NCBI GenBank assembly: GCA_038327865.1
Contig: JBBQLL010000012.1
Location: 24,726-88,725 of the forward strand
Reading direction: 5' to 3'
Source: Chitinophagales bacterium
GTDB lineage: Bacteria > Bacteroidota > Bacteroidia > Chitinophagales > Chitinophagaceae
DNA: 64,000 nucleotides
Made by a program: the position numbers and the translations under genes. Of this stretch, positions 10,808 to 20,575 are shown in pieces. Numbering within the stretch: position 1 is the stretch's first letter; the number at the start of each line of letters is the position of its first letter. Below the pieces are notes generated by a model. That model saw only the letters and a program-made list of their open reading frames with translations, ran no database searches and had not been told where the DNA came from.

Positions 10808-10831
10808 ACAACCCCTTATAAAATCCACAAC

Positions 10832-11200
10832 ATGTATAAATATTTTCTTGTTTTTTTAGTGATAATTGTAACTTCTTTTTCAGCATCATCTCAAATAAAA
10901 ATTACCCCAGATGAAGCGGTCAAACATATTGGGGACAGTGTAATAGTGTGTGGGAAAATTTATGGTGGGAAATACTTTGATAAGTCTGACAATAAAATAA
11001 CTTTACTTAACATGGGGGCAGCGTATCCTCAATCGCCTTTAACGATAGTAATTGAAGAAATGGGGCGTAAAAATTTTACTATAAAACCAGAAGAATTTTA
11101 TGCAGACAAAGATGTTTGTGTTGTAGGTGTTGTAAAAGAATATAAAGGCAAACCACAAATAATTATTACTAAAGAAGCAGAGATTACTATACAAAAGTAA
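10832..11200 (+). CDS. Secreted OB-fold protein
   Basis: Signal peptide; 'HIGDSVIVCGKI...LLNMGAAYP...VCVVGVVKEYKGKPQIII' OB-fold pattern. Confidence 0.6.
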   Translation: MYKYFLVFLVIIVTSFSASSQIKITPDEAVKHIGDSVIVCGKIYGGKYFDKSDNKITLLNMGAAYPQSPLTIVIEEMGRKNFTIKPEEFYADKDVCVVGVVKEYKGKPQIIITKEAEITIQK

Positions 11201-11201
11201 A

Positions 11202-11804
11202 TCATAGCCGTACTATTTTAAAAATAACAATTGGTGTTTTAAAAAGCTGATTATTATCTGTTTGTCCGTAAATTTTTTGTGCAACATCCATGCCTTTTAC
11301 AACGGTACCAAATGCTGCAAAGCCTTGTTTGTCAGGAGCATTTTCGCCATTAAAATCAAGGCCAGGCTCGTTAACAATACAAATAAAAAACTCTGTTGTT
11401 GCTGTGCCAGGCTCATTTCGAGCCATAGAAATTGTGCCACTTTTATGAAGCAATCCTGTTTGTTGTGTAGTTTCGTGTGGTATACCTGGTAAACTTCTTG
11501 CTTTTTTATTATTACTTATCCATAAGCCCCCCTGTATCAACTCTGTTTTGGGTGCATCAGACGGTTGGTTGGTAATATTTAATACTCTATAAAAATTACT
11601 TCTTTCATAAAACCCCGAATCGATATAAGATAAAAATGCAGTTACAGTTTTAGGAGCTTTTTTATCAAATAACTCTAACTCAATATTGCCAAATTGGGTT
11701 TGTATTTCAATATGTGGATTCGCAAAGTTTTTTTTGCTTTTACACGATAAACCAAAAATAATAATAACAATTACTAAGGCAGTCTGTTTCACTATTATCA
11801 ACAT
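11202..11804 (-). CDS. Cyclophilin-type peptidyl-prolyl isomerase (lipoprotein)
   Basis: Lipobox GLSC; APKTV, FYRV, LIQGG, GTISMAR, FFIC, FGTVVKGMDV. Confidence 0.9.
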   Translation of the reverse strand: MLIIVKQTALVIVIIIFGLSCKSKKNFANPHIEIQTQFGNIELELFDKKAPKTVTAFLSYIDSGFYERSNFYRVLNITNQPSDAPKTELIQGGLWISNNKKARSLPGIPHETTQQTGLLHKSGTISMARNEPGTATTEFFICIVNEPGLDFNGENAPDKQGFAAFGTVVKGMDVAQKIYGQTDNNQLFKTPIVIFKIVRL

Positions 11805-11916
11805 AACTTTTTACAAAATAACAGTTTAAATATTAGCTTACAAAAGGCGATAAAACATTTCACCTAATTTGTTACTTGTATATATTTACATGCAAGTAAC
11901 CTTACAAACCCACGCA

Positions 11917-12627
11917 ATGCAAGACACCTACCTACACCACCATCACCAAGAAAAACACCTTACTAGTTCTGATTTATTAAAAGATATTGTAATTGGGATG
12001 AGTGATGGTTTAACTGTGCCTTTTGCATTGGCAGCCGGGTTAAGTGGTGCTGTTAGCAATACCAATTTAATAGTAATTGCAGGTATTGCTGAAATTGCTG
12101 CAGGATCTATTGCCATGGGCTTAGGCGGCTATTTAGCAGGTAAAACTGAGCAAGATCATTATAACAGTGAACGTAAAAATGAATATGAAGAAGTAGAAAC
12201 CAAAACCGATATTGAGAAAGAAGAGGTGCGACAATTTTTTAAAGATTGGGGCTTTAGTAAAAATTTACAAGACCAAGCTGTTGCAGAAATTTGTAAGGAT
12301 AAAGACCGTTGGGTAGATTTTATGATGAAGCATGAACTAGGGCTTGATAAACCCGATCCAAAACGTGCCACCAGAAGTGCCTTTAACATAGGTATGTCAT
12401 ATATTGTTGGTGGTTTAATTCCTTTGAGCCCCTATTTTTTTATAGCTAATACATTTGATGCCTTAAAATTATCGGTGGTTGTTACGTTGATATGCTTGTT
12501 TGTATTTGGCTATTTTAAAAGTAAACTTACTGGTGTAAACCCGCTAATTGGTGGTTTAAAAGTAATGATGATTGGTGCTGCTGCTGCTGCTGCGTTTGCT
12601 ATTGCCAAAGCGATAGATGGGAAATAA
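11917..12627 (+). CDS. VIT1/CCC1 family Fe/Mn transporter
   Basis: IGMSDGLTVPFALAAG and AGSIAMGLGGYLA motifs; His-rich N-terminus; start may be 11890 or 11917. Confidence 0.9.
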   Translation: MQDTYLHHHHQEKHLTSSDLLKDIVIGMSDGLTVPFALAAGLSGAVSNTNLIVIAGIAEIAAGSIAMGLGGYLAGKTEQDHYNSERKNEYEEVETKTDIEKEEVRQFFKDWGFSKNLQDQAVAEICKDKDRWVDFMMKHELGLDKPDPKRATRSAFNIGMSYIVGGLIPLSPYFFIANTFDALKLSVVVTLICLFVFGYFKSKLTGVNPLIGGLKVMMIGAAAAAAFAIAKAIDGK

Positions 12628-12652
12628 AATAAGAATAATTGAATAAATAAAA

Positions 12653-12686
12653 AATCCTATAAGGTTTCGCAAAACCTTATAGGATT
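12653..12686. terminator. Bidirectional terminator between the VIT1 gene and tpiA
   Basis: 15-bp perfect stem AATCCTATAAGGTTT / AAACCTTATAGGATT between convergent genes. Confidence 0.8.
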
Positions 12687-12706
12687 GAAGAAAATTTAGA
12701 TATTAT

Positions 12707-13462
12707 TTAGGCATTAATTATCTGCACAAATTCATCTACTATTAACGAAGCGCCACCCACTAAACCACCATCTACATCAGGCTGAGAAAATAACTCAACA
12801 GCATTATTGGCTTTTACACTGCCTCCGTATAAAATAGAAATTTCATTGGCTACATCCGCACCATACTTAGTTGCCAATTGTAAGCGAATAAATGCATGCA
12901 TTTCTTGTGCTTGTGCACTACTAGCGGTTTTGCCAGTACCAATAGCCCAAATAGGTTCATAAGCTATAACAATTTTTTGTATCTCTTCGGCTGATAAATG
13001 ATATAAACTTTCTTCCAATTGTGCTGCTACATAGGGGTTCTGCGTGTCTGCCTCACGAATTTGCAAAGGCTCACCACAACAGAAAATAGGGGTGATATTG
13101 TATACTAAAGCAATGTTGACTTTTTCTGCTAAAAACGTATTAGACTCATTAAAATACTCACGCCTTTCGGAGTGGCCAATTACTACGTAATTAATACCAA
13201 TTGACTGCAACATTTCCACAGAAATTTCGCCTGTAAATGCACCATTTTTTTTACTGTAAATGTTTTGTGCAGCTACTTGCAAATAAGGGTTAGCAGCTAA
13301 TTTTTTTTTGGCTAACATTAAGTAAGGGGCAGGTACTGCAAATACGGCTAACCGGTTTTCGGTTACGTTTAAAGTAGCATTTGCAAATGCATCTAATAAG
13401 GTATTGGCTTGTTCTAATGTGCCATTCATTTTCCAGTTGGCGGCTGCAATTTGTTTACGCAT
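12707..13462 (-). CDS. tpiA: Triose-phosphate isomerase
   Basis: AANWKM, GHSERR, AYEPIWAIGTG, YGGSV, VGGASL. Confidence 0.98.
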   Translation of the reverse strand: MRKQIAAANWKMNGTLEQANTLLDAFANATLNVTENRLAVFAVPAPYLMLAKKKLAANPYLQVAAQNIYSKKNGAFTGEISVEMLQSIGINYVVIGHSERREYFNESNTFLAEKVNIALVYNITPIFCCGEPLQIREADTQNPYVAAQLEESLYHLSAEEIQKIVIAYEPIWAIGTGKTASSAQAQEMHAFIRLQLATKYGADVANEISILYGGSVKANNAVELFSQPDVDGGLVGGASLIVDEFVQIINA

Positions 13463-13551
13463 AATTTATGTAATTTGTAGTTAAGTATTTGTAATTTTAA
13501 TCATATAGGCATATTAAGCACATGATTTTCTGACATTACTTTTCTATTTGG

Positions 13552-14715
13552 TTAATGTTTAGTGTGGTCAAAGATATGTTTCAGTATAGCAACTTCCGCA
13601 TCAGTTAACGATTGTTGTTTCATTTGTTTCCAATTATTAATGTCAGTAAATGCTTTTTCTAAATTGTATTCTGCCAGGGTACCCCAAGTATAATTGGGTA
13701 TTTTTTTAGGTAATAAACCATTGCCAAAAACGTTGCAACACACACCAATAAAAGTGCCTGTGTTAATAGATGAGTTGATGGCTGTTCGGCTATAATCACC
13801 CATTACTACCCCACATTTTTGCCCACCAGAAATAAATGCTTGCTCACCTTCGTTCCACATATGCACGTCTCCACCAGTATTTTTTACATTACTATTACTG
13901 GTGCCAGCACCCAAATTACACCATTCACCAATCACGCTATCACCTAAATAACCATCGTGGGCTTTGTTGCTACAACCTTGAAAAACCACATTCTTTATCT
14001 CACCACCAACCACACAGTTAGGGCCAAACGTAGTAGCCCCATAAAACTTACTACCCATTTTTACCAAATTATTTTGTCCTATTACCAATGGTCCACGTAA
14101 AATAGAGCCTTCCATTATCACCGCATCTTTGGCTATATAAATAGGGCCCGTAGAGGCGTTAAGTGTACAAAATTCAAGCGTTACATTATTTTCTAAAAAA
14201 ATGGCTTGTGCATTAATTACTTGGTTAGAATGGGAAATAGGTTCAGACGTTTTGCCTGCTGTTAACAGCTCAAAATCTTCACGAATCATCCTATCATTCC
14301 AATGAAATAATTGCGCTGGGTAGTTAATGCAGGCAACATCTGTCACATCATAAATATTCTTAAACCATTGTAGGCTTTCGTTTACGTTAAATGTATGCCA
14401 AGCATTGGTACTTCTACCAGCAATTAAACCACAATCGTTTGCCAGTGCTTCGTCTGCTTGTAAAGATAAAATTCTGTCAAGTAAATTGTCAGTCAGCATT
14501 ATAGATGCATCTACCCAAATATTGTCATCATTTTCAATAGTAGGATAGAGGCCTTGCAGATATTTTTCAGTATGAACAAATACTTCTTGTTTCGTTTTTA
14601 AAGCCCATCTTTCTGCAATGGTTACAATGCCAAAACGCAATGCTGCAATAGCTTTGGTGGCAGTAAAAGGTTGTAGGTTGTTACGTTTATTATTATCAAA
14701 TAAAATGATAGCCAT
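13552..14715 (-). CDS. Bacteroidota GlmU-like putative sugar nucleotidyl/acyl transferase
   Basis: NTP_transf_4-like N-term (LRFGIVTIAERW) plus hexapeptide repeats; NKAHDGYLGDSVIGEWCNLGAGT. Confidence 0.8.
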   Translation of the reverse strand: MAIILFDNNKRNNLQPFTATKAIAALRFGIVTIAERWALKTKQEVFVHTEKYLQGLYPTIENDDNIWVDASIMLTDNLLDRILSLQADEALANDCGLIAGRSTNAWHTFNVNESLQWFKNIYDVTDVACINYPAQLFHWNDRMIREDFELLTAGKTSEPISHSNQVINAQAIFLENNVTLEFCTLNASTGPIYIAKDAVIMEGSILRGPLVIGQNNLVKMGSKFYGATTFGPNCVVGGEIKNVVFQGCSNKAHDGYLGDSVIGEWCNLGAGTSNSNVKNTGGDVHMWNEGEQAFISGGQKCGVVMGDYSRTAINSSINTGTFIGVCCNVFGNGLLPKKIPNYTWGTLAEYNLEKAFTDINNWKQMKQQSLTDAEVAILKHIFDHTKH

Positions 14716-14732
14716 TGTTAATGTATTTATTG

Positions 14733-14740
14733 CAAACTTA
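14733..14740 (-). promoter_or_regulatory. Bacteroidota sigma70 -7 element
   Basis: TAAGTTTG on - strand, 17 nt upstream of the GlmU-like start (consensus TAnnTTTG). Confidence 0.55.
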
Positions 14741-14864
14741 CGTTAACGCAAGGGATAGCCCAGCCCTAAATGGAGTTTTTAAAAAATCTGTTTTCCATCT
14801 ATATAAATCAGTACCATTAGTGTTACCATCCTTTGCTTACTTTGCAATCTTAAAATAATACGCT

Positions 14865-16496
14865 ATGAATTTTGGAACATTTGCTTATCCATTACCTGCT
14901 AACGAGCCAGTATTGCAATATGCTGCTAATAGCCCAGAAAAGGCGGCATTAAAAGCCACCATAACAGAGCTAAAGAAAAAACAAATTGATGTGCCAATGT
15001 ATATTGGTAATGAAGCCGTAAAGACTACTAATAAAGTGGCGATGCATCCCCCGCACGAAACAGCTTTTACGCTTGGTCATTTTAATATGGGCGAAGAAAA
15101 GCATATCACCCAAGCTATTAGCGCAGCCCTTGCTGCCAAAGCCGATTGGGCAAATATGAGTTGGGAAGCACGGGCACATATATTTTTAAAAGCGGCAGAT
15201 TTATTAGCTACCAAATACCGCTTTCACATTAACGGAACAACCATGTTGGGGCAAAGTAAAAATGCCTACCAAGCAGAAATTGATGCTGCTTGTGAATTGA
15301 TTGATTTTCTGCGATTTAATGTACACTACTTAAGCGAAATATATAAGCAACAACCCATTTCATCGCCAGGTATGCACAACCGTTTAGAGTGGCGACCTTT
15401 AGAAGGATTTGTATTGGCTATTACACCATTTAATTTTACAGCTATAGGGGCTAATTTACCCGCTAGTGCCGCCATGTGTGGCAATGTAGTGGTTTGGAAA
15501 CCCGCCGATGCACAAATTTATTCTGCACAATTGTTTATGAAAGTAATGCAAGAAGCAGGCTTGCCCGATGGTGTTATCAACATGATTTATGTAGATGGAC
15601 CAACGCTTGGCAAAGTTTGTTTTTCTCATCCTGACTTAGCTGGGGTGCATTTTACTGGTAGCACGGCTGTGTTTAATACTATTTGGAAATCTATTGGTAC
15701 CAATATTGCCAAGTTTAAAACTTATCCACGCATTGTAGGCGAAACCGGTGGTAAAGATTTTATTATGATACATAAAAGTGCCGATGTTGATGTGGCTGTA
15801 ACAGCTTTGGCTCGTGGTGCATTTGAGTTTCAAGGGCAAAAATGTAGTGCAGCTTCTAGAGCCTATTTACCAAGTAATTTGGCAGACGCTATTAAAGAAA
15901 AATTGGTAGCTGCATTAGCCAGTATGAAAATGGGTAGTGTAGAAGATTTTAGCAATTTTATTACCGCCGTAATAGACGAGCGTAGTTTTAATAAAATAGC
16001 CAAATACATTGATGAAGCTAAGAAAGATAAGATGGTAAAAATAATAGCAGGTGGCAATTACGATAAGAGCAAAGGCTACTTTATTGAGCCAACTGTTATT
16101 GAAACCAACGACCCGAAATATGTAACCATGTGTGAGGAAATATTTGGGCCAGTATTAACCATTTATGTGTATGATGCCGATAAATTTGAAGATACGTTAG
16201 CTATTGTAGATAGTACATCTACCTATGCACTTACGGGTGCTATTATTGCACAAGACCGCTACGCGATTGAAGTTGCTACCAATGCCTTACGCAATGCTGC
16301 TGGTAATTTTTATATAAATGATAAATGTACGGGTGCAGTGGTTGGTCAGCAGCCATTTGGTGGTGCAAGAGGCAGTGGTACCAACGATAAAGCAGGTAGC
16401 CAACTAAACTTGTACCGTTGGTTAAGTGCCAGAACTATTAAAGAAGTATTTGTACCAGCCACCGATTATAAATACCCGTTTGTGTTGGAAGCATAA
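14865..16496 (+). CDS. pruA: L-glutamate gamma-semialdehyde (P5C) dehydrogenase, monofunctional
   Basis: AEIDAACELIDF, ITPFNFTAI, HFTGST, GETGGKDF, EFQGQKCSA, QPFGGARGSGTNDKAG. Confidence 0.93.
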   Translation: MNFGTFAYPLPANEPVLQYAANSPEKAALKATITELKKKQIDVPMYIGNEAVKTTNKVAMHPPHETAFTLGHFNMGEEKHITQAISAALAAKADWANMSWEARAHIFLKAADLLATKYRFHINGTTMLGQSKNAYQAEIDAACELIDFLRFNVHYLSEIYKQQPISSPGMHNRLEWRPLEGFVLAITPFNFTAIGANLPASAAMCGNVVVWKPADAQIYSAQLFMKVMQEAGLPDGVINMIYVDGPTLGKVCFSHPDLAGVHFTGSTAVFNTIWKSIGTNIAKFKTYPRIVGETGGKDFIMIHKSADVDVAVTALARGAFEFQGQKCSAASRAYLPSNLADAIKEKLVAALASMKMGSVEDFSNFITAVIDERSFNKIAKYIDEAKKDKMVKIIAGGNYDKSKGYFIEPTVIETNDPKYVTMCEEIFGPVLTIYVYDADKFEDTLAIVDSTSTYALTGAIIAQDRYAIEVATNALRNAAGNFYINDKCTGAVVGQQPFGGARGSGTNDKAGSQLNLYRWLSARTIKEVFVPATDYKYPFVLEA

Positions 16497-16551
16497 GCTT
16501 ATTTGAACGTGGTTTTTGTATGATTGGATGGATTAATGAGAAATAATGCAC

Positions 16552-16582
16552 AGCCTTCTGCAACTGCAGAAGGCTTTTTTTT
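16552..16582 (+). terminator. Intrinsic terminator after pruA
   Basis: AGCCTTCTGCA / TGCAGAAGGCT stem followed by a T-run. Confidence 0.8.
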
Positions 16583-16614
16583 AAGTTATAGTGTTGTATT
16601 TAATAATTGTAAAA

Positions 16615-16824
16615 ATGAAAATAAAGACTTGGCTTTGGCAAGCGCCTATTGGGTTGGTGCTAGTAGGTGCAGGCTTATCTATGGCCATAGATGCAGGTAG
16701 TCAAAAAGCAAATGGGCAGCCGTGGTTTTGGTACGGCACATTGGCTTTAGTACTATTTAATGCAGGCCTTTGTGTGTTTGGTGATGCCGTTGTAAAGCGT
16801 GTAAAAGATGAAATGAAAAAATAG
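16615..16824 (+). CDS. Small two-TM membrane protein, unknown function
   Basis: 69 aa, two hydrophobic helices, ATG after an A-rich translation initiation region. Confidence 0.6.
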   Translation: MKIKTWLWQAPIGLVLVGAGLSMAIDAGSQKANGQPWFWYGTLALVLFNAGLCVFGDAVVKRVKDEMKK

Positions 16825-16964
16825 TTACGCTAAATGCCATTAAGTTGCTTTTATAACGCTACGTCATATACAATAAATTGTAAAGAAGCATGGCTCATAA
16901 AACTACATACTTGACTAAGAATCTGATGCCAATAATAATACATTAAAGTTTAATAAGTACCAAA

Positions 16965-18584
16965 TTAAAGTATATGCCTAGTACTTAAAAATTGGCTTTT
17001 ATGTTCGTTAACAATAGTATTAATTAATTCTTTGTTTGCCTCACTCATTTTAGCAGCCACTAAAGTTCGTATACTAAAACTACGCAGAGCATCCACAACA
17101 CTTAAAGTACCTTCTGCACTGTCTTTACGACCAGTAAAAGGAAACACATCTGGCCCACGTTGGCATTGGCAATTAATATTTACACGGCTTACTTGGTTGG
17201 TTAATGGATCTATTAAGTTAGCCAATTCAGCGGCGTTGTTGCTAAACAAACTTACTTGCTGCCCATGTGGGCTTTCAACTACATATTCAATAGGTTCTTC
17301 AATATCATCAAAAGCAACAACTGGAATTATCGGGCCAAATTGTTCTTCTTTGTACAACTTCATTTTGCTGTTTACAGGATAAACAATGGCAGGGTAAACA
17401 AACGATTCAGCTATTACACCGCCATATTCATTAATAACCTTTGCACCATTTGCTATGGCATCATTTATACAATCGTTTAAATATTGTGGTTTTCCAGGTT
17501 CAGGTAATGGTGTGATAGCTACTCCTTTATCCCATGGCATACCTATTTTTAGTGCATTTACAGCTACCGATAATTTTTCTAAAAAAGCATCTACAATAGC
17601 TCTATGTACAAATACAATTTTTAGTGCAGTACAGCGTTGCCCATTAAATGACAAAGCCCCCAAAACGGTTTCTTGTACAGCTAAATCTATATCTGCATTG
17701 GCCGTTATTATGGCTGCATTTTTTGCATCTAAACCTAATATTGCTCTTAATCTATATGCTTTTGGATGTTGTTTTTTTAACTCATTTGCTACCTTGCTAC
17801 TACCTATTAAAGTCAACACATTTATTTTACCACTTTGCATAATTGGCGCTATAATATTGGCACCTCTACCATAAATGGTATTAACCACCCCTTTCGGAAA
17901 ACAATCCTTAAAGGCATTTAATAAGGGGTAATGTAATAAAGTACCATGCTTTGGTGGCTTAAACAAAATAGTATTACCCATAATTAAAGCAGGTATAAGC
18001 GTGGTAAAGGTTTCGTTTAATGGATAATTAAACGGCCCCATACATAATACGACACCTAAAGGACTACGCCTTACTTGTGCTATAATACCTTGCTCAAATT
18101 GAAAACGAGAAGCTTCTCTATCTATGCCTTTTAACGCATCTATTGTAGCCTCAATATATTCAACAGTTCTATCAAATTCTTTTATCGAGTCTGGATGGCT
18201 TTTTCCTATTTCCCACATTAAAAGCTTTACAACTTCATCTCTTTTCTTTTTCATTTCTACCACAAATCTTTCTACGCAGGCAATTCTGGCTGCAACACTC
18301 ATGGTAGGCCACTCACCAAAACCATTATTGTAAGCATGTTCTGCTGCATATAAACTTTCCATTGCTTGTTTATCTGTACCAAGCGGGTAGCTGCCAATAA
18401 TCTTGCGTTGCAAGCCATTTTCTGTGACAATACAAATAGGAGATAGCACCGTATGGACGTCACCACTCCACTTTTTCATTTCGCCATTGCTTAAATATTC
18501 TCTTTGGTGTAATTCTTTATCTAATTTAAATGCTGCTGGTATATCAGCTTCTTTTACAAATAAGCTTTTCAGTATTGTTTCCAT
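16965..18584 (-). CDS. gapN: NADP-dependent non-phosphorylating glyceraldehyde-3-phosphate dehydrogenase (ALDH11)
   Basis: LCMGPFNYPLNETF, LGLDAKN, FNGQRCTA, RGPDVFPFTGRKDSAEGTLSV. Confidence 0.85.
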   Translation of the reverse strand: METILKSLFVKEADIPAAFKLDKELHQREYLSNGEMKKWSGDVHTVLSPICIVTENGLQRKIIGSYPLGTDKQAMESLYAAEHAYNNGFGEWPTMSVAARIACVERFVVEMKKKRDEVVKLLMWEIGKSHPDSIKEFDRTVEYIEATIDALKGIDREASRFQFEQGIIAQVRRSPLGVVLCMGPFNYPLNETFTTLIPALIMGNTILFKPPKHGTLLHYPLLNAFKDCFPKGVVNTIYGRGANIIAPIMQSGKINVLTLIGSSKVANELKKQHPKAYRLRAILGLDAKNAAIITANADIDLAVQETVLGALSFNGQRCTALKIVFVHRAIVDAFLEKLSVAVNALKIGMPWDKGVAITPLPEPGKPQYLNDCINDAIANGAKVINEYGGVIAESFVYPAIVYPVNSKMKLYKEEQFGPIIPVVAFDDIEEPIEYVVESPHGQQVSLFSNNAAELANLIDPLTNQVSRVNINCQCQRGPDVFPFTGRKDSAEGTLSVVDALRSFSIRTLVAAKMSEANKELINTIVNEHKSQFLSTRHIL

Positions 18585-18794
18585 ATATTATTTATTAGGG
18601 TCTTTTATCTGGTATAAAATCAATTAAACTTATTTAGAGCATCAATTACTACATATAATTAGGTTTAAATTTTTAGGCTAATTGTTAAAAAAACAAGAAC
18701 TACGGATTTAATTATCAAATTAGTCTTGAAACTTCTAATTGTTTATAACCATTTTTGCCCGATAAAAGTTTAGTTTTTAAATTTTATTATCTAT

Positions 18795-18990
18795 AAGGTA
18801 GATTTCTGCGGTTGGTTGGGGTTACCTTTCTCGCTCTTCGTGGATGTTCCAAAGGGCATCGCGAAGTGTAGATAAAACGGGTCTGAGACCCGAAATCATC
18901 TTTAGTTCGACATGCGCTAAAGGGATATGTCGAACAGCGACCCTAATGGAACATATAGGGCAACAAGGCGTTTTATCGCTCAGCCACAAA
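18795..18990. other. GC-rich multi-hairpin intergenic element (candidate structured RNA or non-autonomous repeat)
   Basis: Stems at 18836-18866, 18878-18892, 18905-18913/18927-18935 and 18941-18960; GATAAAACG (18871) / CGTTTTATC (18969) encloses the last three; matches no RNA family I recognise. Confidence 0.4.
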
Positions 18991-18995
18991 TTGCT

Positions 18996-20426
18996 TTACT
19001 GTGGAATTATTTTTAATAGCCCTGCAAAAGTTGCACACCACACACTTCCTTCTTTGTCAACTGCAATTCTTTGTATGTAGGTACTCGGAACTTTAGAATT
19101 GTTTGGTGAAAATGTAGCCCAATTCTTACCATCAAATTGCGATATTCCAACTTTATTAATACTAAACCAGATTGTATTTGAGCTTTCATTTATTGCAAAG
19201 TCAAGAACATCATTTCTTGGCATTTTAGAATTTTCTGTGTTAATTACTGCCCACTCGTTATTACGAGAATATTTTGCAAATCCTTTTTTCTGTGGGAATT
19301 TCTCATACAGAGAAAACCAAATATTCCCATTTCTATCTTCATAACCTTTTGAGATAGTAGAAGTTTTAAGAGGATTATCCGTTGTTTTGAAGTTTTCAAT
19401 TGAAGTGCCGTCAATCCTAATGTTGCCTTTATCAGTGCCAATCCATAATCTTTTCTTACTGTCCACAAAAACTCCCATTATTCGATTAGACAGTAATTTT
19501 GAATTTGAAGTGTTCATAACATTCCAGTCTTTACCATCAAACTTTATGAGTCCATCAAAACCTGAAAACCAAACATTTCCTAATTTGTCTGCATATATCC
19601 CTGTCGTCCATTTTGTCGGTGAGTTAAGAGAATCAAACACTTTCCAATTAACACCATCATACATATAAGTTGTGTAGCCATCACTAAACCACTTGTTGTT
19701 AAAAATATCAACATCTGAATTCATTATTCCTGTCTGATTACGAATTGCTCTAAGGGCTGAGTTTTTAGAATTAATTACACTAAACTTATTCTTCTCAATT
19801 CTTACAATTCCATTATCTGTACCCAACCACACAACATTATTTGTGTCTATAGAAATCGCTCTTGTCATATCCCACGGAACTACAGAGTTTTGAGTTGTAT
19901 ATATTTCAAATTCATTTTTTAAACCTTTTGAATTGACAGCTTTGTTAGTTACTTCTGATTCGCCGACAGATTTCATATTTGTTACAGCATTGGGGTCGAA
20001 CCTGTCATAAGTAATGTTAAACTTTTCACCTGCAAAGTCAAAACGTAATGTTATGGAAACATTTTCTGGCTTATTCTTACTAATTGCAGGGTTCCAACCA
20101 GTCATTGAATTGATGGTGTTACGAATGTCAAGATTTGAAACATTACCTTTAGCTTTATTTCCAATACTAATAACACATTGCTTTCCATTTGTGTCAATTA
20201 AAACCTGGACCAAAACAGTTCCTTCAATATTTTTAAAATTCTTTTCTTTAAACTTTTTTGCAAAAAAATTATATAAGTCTCCGGTATAAATTCCTTTTGT
20301 GTCTCCACAGTCCAGGCAGAATTCCGTTAAACCACAATCATTAAATTTTTTAGGAAAAAGATTTTGTCCTTTTACAAATGAAAAAGTCAGAACAAGTGTG
20401 GTAGTAAGTATAATAAATTTATTCAT
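18996..20426 (-). CDS. Secreted protein with a TonB-C-like domain and two-component-regulator-type beta-propeller
   Basis: Signal peptide; CGLTEFCLDCG; 'GTVLVQVLIDTNGK' TonB_C-like; repeated 'NSKLxxN..I..D..G.lW.gT' blades. Confidence 0.7.
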   Translation of the reverse strand: MNKFIILTTTLVLTFSFVKGQNLFPKKFNDCGLTEFCLDCGDTKGIYTGDLYNFFAKKFKEKNFKNIEGTVLVQVLIDTNGKQCVISIGNKAKGNVSNLDIRNTINSMTGWNPAISKNKPENVSITLRFDFAGEKFNITYDRFDPNAVTNMKSVGESEVTNKAVNSKGLKNEFEIYTTQNSVVPWDMTRAISIDTNNVVWLGTDNGIVRIEKNKFSVINSKNSALRAIRNQTGIMNSDVDIFNNKWFSDGYTTYMYDGVNWKVFDSLNSPTKWTTGIYADKLGNVWFSGFDGLIKFDGKDWNVMNTSNSKLLSNRIMGVFVDSKKRLWIGTDKGNIRIDGTSIENFKTTDNPLKTSTISKGYEDRNGNIWFSLYEKFPQKKGFAKYSRNNEWAVINTENSKMPRNDVLDFAINESSNTIWFSINKVGISQFDGKNWATFSPNNSKVPSTYIQRIAVDKEGSVWCATFAGLLKIIPQ

Positions 20427-20526
20427 GGTAATGTTTGTCTGAAAATAGCATATAATTCAAAAATAGACGAATGGTTTCACTCCAACAATACAAATTGCGC
20501 TATCACAAAACATTTGGCAATACAGC

Positions 20527-20572
20527 TTTAAATCCTCGTCCTCTCTAGCGCTGGTCTCTGACCTGCTCGTAG
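20527..20572. repeat. REP-like imperfect hairpin
   Basis: CTAGCGCTGGTCTCTGACCTGCTCGTAG with a GGTC/GACC core, directly after the stop of 20576..21328. Confidence 0.35.
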
Positions 20573-20575
20573 ATG

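Noticed and set aside
18795-18990. Group II intron remnant, tRNA, TPP or cobalamin riboswitch
   Set aside because: No domain V AGC/CGC triad stem, no T-loop/CCA, and the CTGAGA lacks the rest of the TPP consensus
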